Source of the DNA: Lama guanicoe
Lineage: Eukaryota
Direction of reading: 5' to 3'
Assembly: GCA_013239625.1 (NCBI GenBank)
Contig: MU053762.1
Location: 85,424-149,423 of the forward strand
DNA: 64,000 nt
Made by a program: the position numbers and the translations under genes. Below the pieces are notes generated by a model. It did not search any database, had not been told where the DNA came from, and saw nothing but the letters and a program-made list of their open reading frames with translations. Shown here piece after piece: positions 52,057 through 64,000 of the stretch (the stretch's first letter is position 1; each line of letters begins with the position of its first letter).

Positions 52057-55000
52057 CTTTGGCGTTATTCTAAATCAATTTACAATTGAGGGTCTCAGTG
52101 TCCATTGTTGTATACGCTCAGAAGATCCTGACTTCGGAGCGTGAAGCAGGAGCCCCTCCTCTCTGGAGACAGTCTTTGCCACTTACAGTCTCAGTAGAGC
52201 CAACATAACTGCTCTGGACCTTTGGAAGTGCAGGGCCAGAGCATACCTGGGAGCTCACATCCTATATATTTAATCATGTTAAGTGCAGTAGGTTCTAAAG
52301 TCCTGCCTTTACAAATATACATTCATTATAAGGGGGAAGGCCACCAGGTTCAAGAATTCCCAGACACAGGGGAGTCCTGCAAAGAAAGTGAGCGTGTGGG
52401 GAGAGCTGATTCCCAGTCTCTGATCACTAGCCTGACCCTTTTCTTCCCAATGCTGGGTCCATCCTTGCCACAAGTGGCCTTGGATGTGCACAGGGGACCC
52501 TCAGACTTCATATCTGGGCTCTGCCTGTACCCTCCATGCAAACAGCTGCCCTTTGGCCTCTCTGTGAGTCCTGGGAATCTGAACTCCGGGGAGAGCCGGT
52601 GCAGGCACTAGAAATGGGTCAGGGGCTACTGGGGCAGGGCATTCGGGGTTCTGGGTTTCCAGAGCATGGGATGGAGCCAATGACCATGTGCCCTTGGCCC
52701 TGCTGACCCCACCCCATGGAAGGCATGGCCAGAGGAAGTGTCAGGGCCAGGGGGACCCTCTGTAGTGCAGGACCCAGGGCAGCGGGCCCCCTTGCCAGGG
52801 TCTAAGGGCAGAAGCACTAAGGAAAGATCTGAGGAGGCTGTAAGGTATCTTCATTCCCATTAATTAAAAAAACAAAAGCTCACCACAGGCGTGAGTGGGA
52901 AGGGTTTTGTTATAACAAGGGAAGGCACTTGCCAAGCTCTGGCCATAGAGGGCTGGTGGGCTTGCCAGGTTGATGAGGAACCGAGAGGCCGTTAGCCTCC
53001 CCTGGGTCTAAACACCGCCTGAACTCCTCCAGGTGACACTGAAATGCAGTGAGACATGGCACCCTCTGAAGTTGTTAAAATCTTCGTGGCGAGCCATTCA
53101 ACTCTCTCCTCATTCTTGGCTATGAAAGCACGATAAACACAGGCGGGAAACTCATCAGCCTGTTGGATGGTTCACTGTCCATCTGGTGCCCCCTCTTGTA
53201 GGAGCCTTTATCACATCACCCAGGGCTGACCCGACTCAGGATTACAGCTGATTTTCCGCAGGTGGCATCACTTGCTGGTGACACGAAGGAGGCATGTTAG
53301 CCACCTCCCAAACACTGAGGCTCCTCCTGAGAGGAGCCGGCAGGTCCCCAGTACAGCCTCTGCCCCACGATGCTCCTCAGTGCCACTCCCGTCTTGCTGC
53401 CCTGGCCTCTAGCTCTGGCCAGAACCTTGCTGGATTGTTGATGTCACCCATGCACCACGTCTAAGCTTGGGGTCCAGATGTGACTATGGTTCTTATTTTC
53501 TTCCCATCGATGGATTGTTTGATCTTCGTGTAATCGTGTTGACAGGAAGGCCAGTACCGCCCTCTTGAGGCCTCCCCAAGCCGCCTCTGTCTATAACTGT
53601 CCTAGCGCCCCAGGGGATCGGGTCTGAAGCCTGGCACACAGACACGAGGATGACAGCTGGAGAGACAGGAATCCACTCCTGCTGTGGCTTCTGCTGAGGC
53701 CCGATGTGGCCATACAAACGGATCCCACAGGCCCTGACATCACTTGACTCGCTGCAGGGATGCTCCCACACTGCCCCGTTCCCCCCAGAGACCGCGGGCT
53801 TTCTGCTTGTTCCCGAAGGCCCCACCCCTGAGGGGGCACTGGGTCCAGTGGAGCGTCCAGCCTGGTTCCCCGCCAGCCCTTAGGGCCTTGGTGGGGCCTG
53901 GAACATCAACTACCCTCCCCTTAGGGGCCCATTTGTCCTTTCCAGCCAACAGACCTGGGTCATAAACACTTTAACTCACCTGAGGGTGTTTTCCTCACTT
54001 CAGGGGCAGTGAGGACTGGGCTTCTTGACACCCCAAGTGCCCCAGGTCTGGATACATACAGCCTGGCTCTCCCCTCAGTCCTGCAGGTCCCGGCCACACC
54101 TGCTGCTTGTCCCTGAGTCTGTGCTGTGTTCGCTTCCAGGACAAGAGGTGCACTCTGCCCCCCGCCCCGCCCCCACCAGCGGTGGCAGAGGCGGCGGACA
54201 GGCAGGTGAGCTGGGGCCTGAGAACGTGCCCGCAGATCAGTGCCCCAGAGGCCGCTGGTGACTAGAGGGACCATGAGGCAGAAGCCAGCATGGGATGGGA
54301 GGAGGAGGAAGGTTCAGGATAAGGAGATGAAAGGGGGAATGGATAGCACTGTGAGGACCTCGGCCATGAAAGGGAAGAGAAAAGACAATGACAGCTGGAG
54401 CGGTGTCGGCGTTAAAAGCTGCGGGCGTTTTTATTTAATTTTACTAATTACCATTATATATAGTGACAGATTTCCTATTTTATTAAAGATTATGTGCCAT
54501 GTCATATAACAAGATATAGTATGTTATTATTTATTAAATAATATATAATAATAGATATACTAGCATATTATGTTCTGTTTATTAGCAGATAGTATATAAT
54601 ATATATGTAGGTGTTTATATACATAATATATAATTCATGCATCTATATAATATATAACACATAATGTAAGATTATGATTAATATATTTTATAACAAGATT
54701 ACATAACAATAATGATGTAATATTACCCTTTGTATGTCTTGGTTCATGACACATTCTCATCTTAGGTGCCTGTCAGAGGCATTTGTGTATTAAAATTAAT
54801 ATTATAAGAAACAGTTGTGAACGTATCACCCAGCATCAGAACAGGACTATTGACAGTGACATACTGTGTCCTCTTTCCCTATCCTGCTCATGGCCTCTTC
54901 TCACAGGAAGTAACCAGCATCCTGAATCGTGGCTTACCCTTCTCTTGTGTTATTTTCACAAACTGATTTAAGATCAGTTAAAACAAATGAACTGCAGGTA

Positions 55001-57984
55001 CATGCAATGAAATGGATGAATCATACACTCTCTGTTAAATTGAAAAAGAAAGCCCTAGAAGGCAGCCTATAGTATGCTATTCTTTTAACTGTGTATATAT
55101 GTAAACTAAACTCACTAAATTAAGAACTACAGCTAGAGTCCAGGTGGGAGAGGGACAGATAAAAGGTGAGGTGAGCAGATTTGCTGCAGGTGAGCGAGTT
55201 CCTTTCCAGTAACATGTCATTCTCTCTGAAGCAGGAGGCAAGGCCATCTGCTGGGAGTCAGGGAAGAGACAGAGGGAAGCTTAGAGGTGTGCAGAGAGCA
55301 GAGAATGTTGACACCACTGAGTGATAAGTGGGGAAATGTGCTCACTAGAGAAATCCTGGAGGATTGCCTGGCAGTGGCAGCATGGTAGGCTTTGATTTGT
55401 AGTCTTAGAAATCTGTGCTGGGAGAGCCTGCTGCCTGCAGCCTCAGAACAAATAGAGCTGGGTGAACCGAGATGGAAGTCGTCCCGGTGAGGAACTGAAA
55501 AGATCAAGGGTCAAGGGGGTTTTGTCATAAAGACAGTGCTGACTGTGGATGCAGAGCTGGAAGGTGGGGAAGTGGAAGTAAGAGGAACGTGGACAGGCAG
55601 GAAAGCAGAGGAGTCAGCACATGATGCCCCAGTGAGGGTGAAGGAGGGCCAGGGAGGCTGGTGGAGAAGCAGCTGGACGGCTAGAAGTGGGCACTTAAAG
55701 GAGAGAGGCTGGAACTGGGGTGGAGACACGCCCGAGTATGAGCCCGGGGGTAGGGTGAATGGGGGTGGCTGGCTCAGGCTGACAGAGAAGAAGACCCTAA
55801 AATGACCATACTGGGTGGTGGAGGGAGGATCAACTTTGACGTCTTGATGGTAGGAGGTGAGTCAACACAGGCTGGTGGTCCAGGTGCCCCTGACTGAGGC
55901 AGATGAGCAGGGAGGCCAGGGTGGCAGGCACTGCAAGGAAAGGATCTGGGTTTTTCCAGGTGCTCCCAAGAGAGGAGGAGCAATGATATGAAGGTGGAAA
56001 GTGAGAACAAGGAGGTCAACCCAGGCTCCTGATCAAACAGGGGGTGTGAGGGAGCAAAGTGTCAACTCCAGAGATGGTTGCCCAGGAAGCAGGGACCACG
56101 GGTGAAGTGAGGGGACACTCAGAGAAGAGAGTGACAAGAGTCTTCTGGGTGTAGGGGGAAGAGAGGCCCCGGGAGCACAGAGGCAGTGATGAGGTTGGAT
56201 TGGCTCCATGGTCACACTGCGGAGATGGCTGGATCTTTGTCCTGAGGGCTTAGGTTGGGGGGGCTACTGGCCTCATGAGGACTCCCCTCTCTGCAGCCTG
56301 GACAGAGGCTCCCGCTCCTGAGAGCTGTGTGGCAAGCACTGTTCCCAGAGGGGCTCTTCCTCCAACTTCTCCTATCAGACTTTCCTGCCCAGCCCCCGAC
56401 AGCCAGCGAGGGAGCCTGGGCCTCACAGCTGCTTCCTGTGGAGGGACACAGGCTCCTTGGAGAAGCAGGCTGATCTTACTTTTCTCCGTAACCCAGGGCC
56501 TAGCAAAGCGCCAGCCCATGGGTGGGCCATGTAGGGGCCCGGATACTTACTAAACTAACTCAAAGCAGTAGAATAGCAGAGCTGGAGGAAGTGACCACTG
56601 AGCTCACAGAGTTCACTGCCCACACCCCCATTCTACAGATGAGGAAACAGAGACCAAGCGGTGAAGTGGCCTTGGCCATGATCACGCTGCTCTTAAATGC
56701 TGGCCTGTGTTGGGCATGCCAAGTAATGAGCTGCAGTGAAGGAGCTCAGAGGGGGCTCTGGGGCCAGACAGCTTGGGTTCAAGTCCCAGCTCTGCCATTT
56801 ACTAGCCATGTGATTAATGAATGTCCTTACCTGTAAAGTGGAACTCATAGTGGTGCCACCTCATTGGGTTGTCGTGAACACAGCGTTCCTGGCACAGCAG
56901 GACAGAGTTCTGTGAGAGTTTGCTGTTGCTTTGGTTGCTATTATTATCACCAAGTGAACCCTGAAATGAAGAACAAAGGCAGCAAGAATTTTTATTTTAA
57001 AGGATTTTAAAATCCTCTGATGAATGTTTCATTTCATCTATTCAAGTTTGCATTTGACACTTATTAACAACTACACAATGGATGACCTTTGAGGCAATCT
57101 TGCTTCATGTCTTTCTCACTAGCGACACAGGCTATTCAACAGGCAGCAGTTTCTTTTCCAGGAAGAGGGACATAAAGTTTAAAATAACTCAGTGACTCTC
57201 GGCCCCCAGTGAGGTGGTTGTGATCTGTCAACCCAGCTGTAGGGAAGTGCCCGCTCCCCCTGGGCTCGCTGCGCTGCCCCGCGGGCTCCAGGGGGCGCCG
57301 TACCCCCACACGAATCCAGTCTTTTGGTTCCTATCTTTGCTTCAGATCCCTCAAGGACTGCCCATGCCACAGGGCCCCATCTGCCCTGCCAGCCTCGCCT
57401 GCTGGACTCCAAAACACCATCCTGGGTCTCAACCATCCTCTGTTCCTACACCCGCCCCACTACTCTTCACTTTGTCCTTCAAGTGTGGGCTCCTGTGGCT
57501 TGCCACCCAGCAGGGGTCTCCCTGTCCTCCACCTCGGGTACCTGCAACGTCCTGCACGTTGCCTAGTGAACCCGTGTGGAGAAAGGAAGAATACCGAACA
57601 ACAGGGGCTCAGAGGGGCTGCCTTTCCCACTGCAGGGGCCCTGGAGAGCTTTCTCCCGGCTGGTTATTCACAGGCGCTGAAGCTGTGGAATCTCGACCTC
57701 ACCAATTTAAAGGGCATCATCATTAATTACAAAAGCAATCATTTCTTCAGCAGCAAAAGGAGAAAAGACTTTGTGTTCCCCAACTCCAACTTTTTTCCTC
57801 CATCTTCAGATGTTTCTCATCTCTGGGCAAGGGTAGAAAGCAACACACAGAATATGATTTTTCAATTTTTTTCCCACTCTGAAGATTGCTTTCACAGAAC
57901 CGATGAAGGCTAGAATGGTTTGGCTTTCCTGGACTGAGGATTCAGAGGCGTGTGGGGGGAGGGGGAGGGGAGATAACTCAGCAA

Positions 57985-59610
57985 TATTGAATCTAACAGA
58001 GACATTAAAAGGTTCTACTCTAAACAGAAAGGAAGCAGGATGCTATAGAAACAGGAAAACCATAGTTGGAAATGCAATAACGAGCTACAAGAGATTAAAC
58101 ATGAAGATGTAAAAAAGAAAAAGGACATCAAAATAAAAAAAGGTGGGAATGGGAGGGGGGAGCAAGAAAATACAGATTTTTTTCTTTCTTTTTTTTCTTC
58201 ATTATGCTTAGGATGTGTTGGAGCCTACGTGATTATCAGTCTAAAGGAAATAGATATAGTAATGGGTTGATATAGTTGAAAAATAAGGTAACCACAAATC
58301 AAAAGCATACAATAGAGTCACAAAAAATCCAAAAAGAAACAAACTCAAAATGGCTTAAAGACTTAAACATTAGACAAGACACTGTAAACTTCTCACAAGA
58401 AAACATAGGCAAAACATTATTTGACATACATCTCAGCAGTGTTTTCCTAGGGCAATCTAAGCAACCCAAGCAACAGGAATAAAAGCCAAAATAAACAAAT
58501 GAGACCTAATTAAACTTATAAACTTTTGCACAGCATTAGAAACCATAAGCAAAACAAAAAGACAACCTATGGAATGGGAGAAAATATTTGCAAAAGATGA
58601 GACTGACCATGGCTTAATTTCTAGACTATATAAATAGTTCATACAACTTAATAAGAAAAAATTAACAACCAAATCCAAAAATGGGCAGAACAACTAAACA
58701 AGCAATTTTCCAATGAAGACACACAAATGGCAAATAGGCACATAAAAAAATGCTCAGTATCGCTCAATTATCAGAGAAATGCAGCTCAAAACTACAATAA
58801 GTTATGATCTCACACCAGTCAGAATGGCCATCATTCAAAAGTCCACAAACCATAAATGCCGGAGAGGCTGTGGAGAAAAGGAAACCCTCCTACATTGTTG
58901 GTGGGAATGTAGTTTGGTGCAGCCACTGTGGAAACAGTATGGAGATACCTCAAAAGCCAAAAAACAAACAAACAAAAAAAAACAGACTTATCACTTGATC
59001 CAGCAATCCCACCCCTGGGCATATATCCAGAGGGAACCTTAATTCCAAAAGATACCTGCACCCCAATGTTCACAGCAGCACTGTTTACAATGGCCAAGAC
59101 ATAGAAACAACCTAAACGTCCACTGACAGATGACTAGATAAAGATGTGGTATTTAGATATAACAGAATATTACTCAGTCATAACAAAGAAGGAAATAATG
59201 ACATTTACAGCAACATGGATGGACCTGGAGATTATCACACTAAGTGAAATAAGTCAGACAAAGACAAGTATCATATGATATCATTTATATGTGGAATTTT
59301 AAAAAATGATACAAATGAACTTATTTATAAAACAAAAACAGACTCACATAATTAGAAAACAAACTTAGGAATTTGGGATTAACAGATACAAATTACTATA
59401 TGTTAAACAGACAAACAACAAGGATTCACTGTAAAACACATGGAACAATATTCAGTATGTTGCAACCTATAATGGAAAAGAACCTGAAAAAGAATAGACT
59501 ATGTATATGTACAACTGAATCACTATGCTGTATACCTGAAACTAACAAAACAGCTGTATATCTGAAACTAACAAAACATTGTAAATTAACCACATTTCAA
59601 TTAAAAAAAT
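57985..59610 (+). mobile_element. Internally deleted L1 (inter-ORF region joined to ORF2 3' part + 3'UTR)
   Basis: ORF1-end/inter-ORF sequence to ~58335, then directly aaactcaaaatggcttaaagacttaaac (late ORF2), 3'UTR and A tail. Confidence 0.88.
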
Positions 59611-60076
59611 GATAAGCTCTAAATATGTTTATTCAAAGAAAATCTTCAACTCTTCCCTCTTACAAAACTTAAAATGGGAAGCTTGAGCAGGATCAAATTA
59701 TACTGGATGGGCAGTTACATATCTTCTCCAGCACATGGCCCATGCTACACACACATCGTGTTTTCCTACAGGTAAGAACGGCCCTGTCTGAACAGGGAGC
59801 GAGTCCTGCTGGGACAAGGCCTCTTTAGCAGTGGCCTCCTTGTCAGCACTCCATCTCACCAGGAGGCCAGAGTTTTCAGAGGTGAGGGGACATAGAGCTC
59901 ATGCACTTCAAATCAATTTCCTGAGAAAAACTATGGAAAGACCAAATTCACCTGCAGTGCGGGAAACATGAGCAGGGCCCCTAAGCAGACCAACAAGCCC
60001 AAAGTAAGATGGCCCGATGTTCACATCAGAACCAGAACAACGACCACTGGCCCCAGTTAAATGTCCACCAACTCAC

Positions 60077-60326
60077 CTGCAATGAACTGTTCGTACTCAA
60101 TGTCAGGGATGTTTCTGTTGAGACTTGGGCGATCAAAGAAGTCGGACCAGAGAATTCGGACCTGGTTGATGTCAGGGCTCTGCCAGCGGTAGAGGTGGCC
60201 CCAAGAGGGTAGCACCAGTACTGACTCCTCCATCTTCAGCAGGGTCTTCAAGAGGAAGGCAACGTGGATGCAGATGTTCCTACGAGCCTGAAGCCCTCTG
60301 GAGGGTTGATGTCACACAGAAGGTAC
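60077..60326 (-). pseudogene. POFUT2: POFUT2 pseudo-exon 2 (250 bp, frameshifted)
   Basis: cttcctgccag|GTACCTTCTG...ATTGCAG|gtgagt; [12 protein letters not shown](frameshift)[69 protein letters not shown], matching POFUT2 [43 protein letters not shown]. Confidence 0.95.
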
Positions 60327-60587
60327 CTGGCAGGAAGCAAAGGAGAGCGGGTCTTCAGGGCCAGGCCTCTGCACAGGAATCCCGGCTTAGAACAGATTGA
60401 ACAGGAATCCCTGCACAGCCCATGGCCTAGACTCCAGACACATTCAGCAGCTTCTGGTTTGTAAAGTGGAGGCACTGCCCACCCATCTCCATGTGGCCAA
60501 TTACTTCGAGTCCGGGAGAAGTTGCGGAAGACATCTTGGCATCCGTCTAACACCACCGCTAAGCACTAGCACCTGAGCACCCGTTCT

Positions 60588-61060
60588 CCAGGGACTCTCA
60601 AACTTCTTGGTCTACAGAACCCTATACACTCTTAACAATTACTGAGAACTCCAAAAGGCTGCTATTTATGTGAGTTAAATCTATCAATAGGTCCTGTGTT
60701 AGAAGTTGAATAAGAACTTAGAAAAAGCGTATGAATTCACTTAAAAATATTAACAATCTACTATATATTACCATTAATACTCTTAAACAAAAAATAAGTC
60801 TATTTTTCAAAACAAAAATCATTAGTGAGAAGAATAGCAGTGATTTTAATTTCTGCAAATCTCTTTTGGACTGGTGAGAGCTGAATTCTCCTATCTGCCT
60901 CTGCATTCCCTGTTTTGTGATATCACAGGCCAGGTTTTCCCTGGAAAACCCCACAGGAACTCGGGAGAACAAGAGTGTGCAAAAGGCAGGTGACACCCTG
61001 GCGTTTCTATGAAAATGGTCTTGCACCTCAGGGGCCTTGGATACACTTTGATAACTGCTG
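60588..61060. mobile_element. hAT-Charlie MITE (MER119-like) in POFUT2-derived intron 1
   Basis: Imperfect TIRs cagggactctcaaact / actttgataactgctg. Confidence 0.6.
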
Positions 61061-61679
61061 CCCTATCCTAGGCGAGACTCTTCTACACAAGAGCCAGGCA
61101 AGCGTCCTGGACTCTGTAATGAGTTACCGCCGCCACACCCCTCCCTTCTCTGTGTGTTTCCTCATAACATCCATTACTGCAGATGAGGATGTAATCCTCA
61201 ACTGGGGCCTCTAATCCCAGAAGACTGCTAACTTCGAGAGGGAGGGTCCCATCTACCATCCCTACACCCCGCACAGTCGATTTTGGATTTTGAGTCAAGC
61301 CCTAGATAACTGCTAATCGGCACTGACCCTTGTGTCTTATCCCTGAGGTTGACTGAAGGAACCAACATGTGAATGGAACTGAAATTTACCTGCAGATAAA
61401 CAAGGCTGATAAACCACCCCATTCCAACATCTGATTCTGGGGCTCTTCAAAACCTGGGTAAGGCCCCGCTTCATCTAAGAGGGGCCCTCCGCCTGCCCTT
61501 CCCGGGGGGTTCTGGGAGGCTGCGGCCACCCAGGGCGACACAGACTCGTGGCCCCAGCCCTAGGGCCTGAGGGGGAGGAAAGCCTGAGGCTGTGCCCCAG
61601 CTCTATCACCCCCAACCCAACCCGCTCCCTGGCACCACAGCCCCTCCCCAGCCACCACCCCAACCCTGATCCCACCCCG

Positions 61680-62450
61680 GTTCATGTCCACTGGCCCCGC
61701 CAATGGCGCGGACGTACGTTTACCGTCTGTGGGACTCAGCCCCAGACAGGATGTCGGCCGCCGACTGACCAGGCCAGAACTAGTCGCTGGGCCGAGCAAG
61801 CCGCCATCCCCAGCAGCAAGCACTGCCACGGTCCCGGGCAGCTGCACACTTCNNNNNNNNNNNNNNNNNNNNNNNNNNNNNNNNNNNNNNNNNNNNNNNN
61901 NNNNNNNNNNNNNNNNNNNNNNNNNNNCGCTTGCGTCTCCTCCCGAGTCTAGATGTGCGAGGGCAGAACTTGCGGAGCCAATGGGAGCCAGGGCGCGGTC
62001 AGGACGGGGGTGGGGGCAGGCTTATGGGGCAGCTGGGCGGTTCCGGGGCTGGCGGGGCCGCGCGGATGTCCTCAGCTGCAGGTGGCGCCGGCCGGAGGCT
62101 GGGGCGGTCCTGCCACCAGTGGGCGGGGCAGCGGGGCAGCGGCACCCCCACCTGTCCGTGTGCGGGGCTCAGCCTGGGCTCCGTGGCCTTCGCTTGCACC
62201 GGACGTGGACCCAGGCTGCCGGTGGACAAGATAGAGGACTGAGCCCAGGCACGCACGGCTGTCCAGGTAGGGCACATGAAGTGCAGATCCGCCAGGCCCG
62301 CTGCCGGCCTTGAATTCGCGCTGCTGGGCAGTTTCCAAGAAGACAAGGTCTGTCCCAAGAGGGGAGGTAGGTCAGGGGTGCCAGATGCCTGGTTGGGTGC
62401 GGTCTCACAGGAGAGCCACGGTGAGAGGGCGCAGAGCGGCCCCTGTGTTG
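61680..62450. promoter_or_regulatory. CpG island / promoter of the POFUT2-derived block
   Basis: High GC and CpG density around POFUT2 exon 1; CCAAT near 61700 and 61978, GC boxes (gggcgg); interrupted by gap 61853-61927. Confidence 0.75.
61724..61829 (-). pseudogene. POFUT2: POFUT2 pseudo-exon 1 (coding part)
   Basis: Ends [19 protein letters not shown]|gtaaac (human [20 protein letters not shown]); Glu codon is now TAG, the apparent start is GTG and the signal peptide carries deletions. Confidence 0.92.
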
Positions 62451-63202
62451 GCGGGGCTAGGAATTTGGGGTATGGGTTGGGGATGGTGTGTGCCATGCTC
62501 TGTGGTTTCCCCAAGAACTCTCACCCCCGAGCAAGGGACCCTGCTCCCTCCACCCTTCACTGCATCCCCTGCCTACCCCAGCACCACCGCCCCTGCACCC
62601 GGAGTCCCATGACCTCTGTCCACACCAGGTACTGTCCCTGTTACAGGTACTGAGCTCCTGGTGGCTCCAGCCCGAGGGTGGGGGCTGTATCTGATCAGTT
62701 AGGACACCTGAAGCCTTTGTATGAAACCTCAGACCATAATGCAGGCGTGCACAGAGGCCCCTCAAACAGGATTCCCTGCATGGCCCTCCCCACCACGCAC
62801 CCACAGTGCAGCTGCCACACCAGGCCAAGCCTGCCGGAGGACCGCTGGTCCCTCTCCTCCTGTCCCTGATCAAGAGTGCACCGCCCACACTGCTGGGTAT
62901 TTAGGGGGTCTTAGAAGAGCAGCTGGTATTTTCATGGGCAAATATAAAATATTTGCTGGGAAGATTTGAGTGCAAAGGGATGTAGGGTATGCTTTTTCTG
63001 TTGCCCTGGAACTGGTGACTAGGATGCAAACTTAAAGTCAAAGCAGTTTTTAGAGAGAGCCACAAAACATCTCACAACCAAAGATCACTGTTCCCCAACA
63101 AAGGCAAAACCACTTGGCGGGTGGGGGACCTGGCCCCTCTTTCTGGAGGTTGGGGTTTGCACCCTTCAGCTGGGACAGAGCCCAAAACAGCTCTGAACAT
63201 GC

Positions 63203-63735
63203 TCCAACAGGCTTTTCCTATACAAACTGCCTTTCTTTTGAATCTGGGTGAAGGAACCAGCTGAGAAATCTGGGTAAGTCTTCCTGGGTGTAATCTTGCC
63301 TTTTATGCTAAATGAAAGAGCGGCTCTCCACATGCTAACATCTTAGAACTGTCGAAGCCTTCATGCATGTAGCGTGTTGGGAACAGCGTTTCATGGTGAG
63401 GGGAACTATATAACTTACATGTGTATGGGGAAGCCCTCACTCCAACAGGCTTTTCCTGTGCAAACTGCCTTTATTTCAGAATTGGCTCTTGCTGAGAAAT
63501 CTTGGAAAGTGTTCCTGGGTGTAACCATGCCCATTATGCTGGATGAAAGAGCGGCTCTACACTTGTTCACATCTCAGAAATGAATGTGTGTTGAAGCCGT
63601 CATTCATGTAGCGTGTTGGGAACACAGAGTTTCGTGGTGAGAAGAACTATGTAAATTACATGTCTATGATGAAGCACTCGCTCGAACTGGGTATTCCAGC
63701 ACATACTGCCTTTATTTCGAAACTGGCTTCTCAGA
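63203..63735 (+). repeat. Diverged ~240-bp tandem repeat, ~2.2 copies
   Basis: Units start at 63203, 63441 and 63682; tgaaagagcggctct and catgtagcgtgttgggaaca shared. Confidence 0.9.
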
Positions 63736-64000
63736 AGACCTGTGGTCTCCACTGCAGGTCTGGCTCCAAGCCCAGGGCCAGCATGGTGACTCTGCTCCCT
63801 CTGTCCATTCTGGGAGGTCTAGGTGTCCTCCATGGCCCTTCCACCATTGTTTCTTTTGGAAACACCCCACAGATGAAATGGGCCTGAGAACAGGAGAGCG
63901 GGATGCCAACAGCGACTGCCCAGCGTGTGGCCCCTGGGAGGGGTATCTCCTCTCCGTGGGCTCTGATCTCCCCTCCCCTCTCCCCCACCCCCACCCCTCT

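Noticed and set aside
57214..57913. 170-aa and 142-aa ORFs
   Set aside because: No recognisable protein similarity or convincing exon boundaries.
61548..62888. Long ORFs (up to 209 aa) around the POFUT2-derived promoter
   Set aside because: GC-rich and partly spanning an N gap; only the minus-strand exon 1 remnant is recognisable.

Overview
Mammalian genomic DNA, most likely camelid (several tRNA-Ala-type Vic-1-like SINEs), rich in L1 and with three assembly gaps. I find no intact protein-coding gene. The window is a mosaic of intron-containing (unprocessed) gene fragments from loci on different human chromosomes, all on the minus strand and all disrupted. They are five ANO6 exons (10.6-19.7 kb), KLHL2 exon 2 (29.2-29.4 kb), an unidentified CpG-island first-exon-like segment (~36 kb), an unidentified 144-bp exon (44.7 kb) and POFUT2 exons 1-2 with their CpG-island promoter (60-62 kb). 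Several block boundaries coincide with L1 or LTR sequence. On the plus strand (40.3-41.8 kb) is a disrupted 4-exon gene. It starts like the RalGDS-like multicopy family but has no RasGEF domain, and ends in a Pro-rich region plus a hydrophobic tail read from an antisense L1 3' end. Its 3' flank recurs 3.65 kb upstream, which suggests a tandem-array remnant. Other structures are a ~710-bp LTR foldback, a ~155-bp GC-rich repeat array with an internal inversion, nested L1s and short tandem duplications. Gene and repeat-family identities come from my recall of reference sequences, not from a database search.
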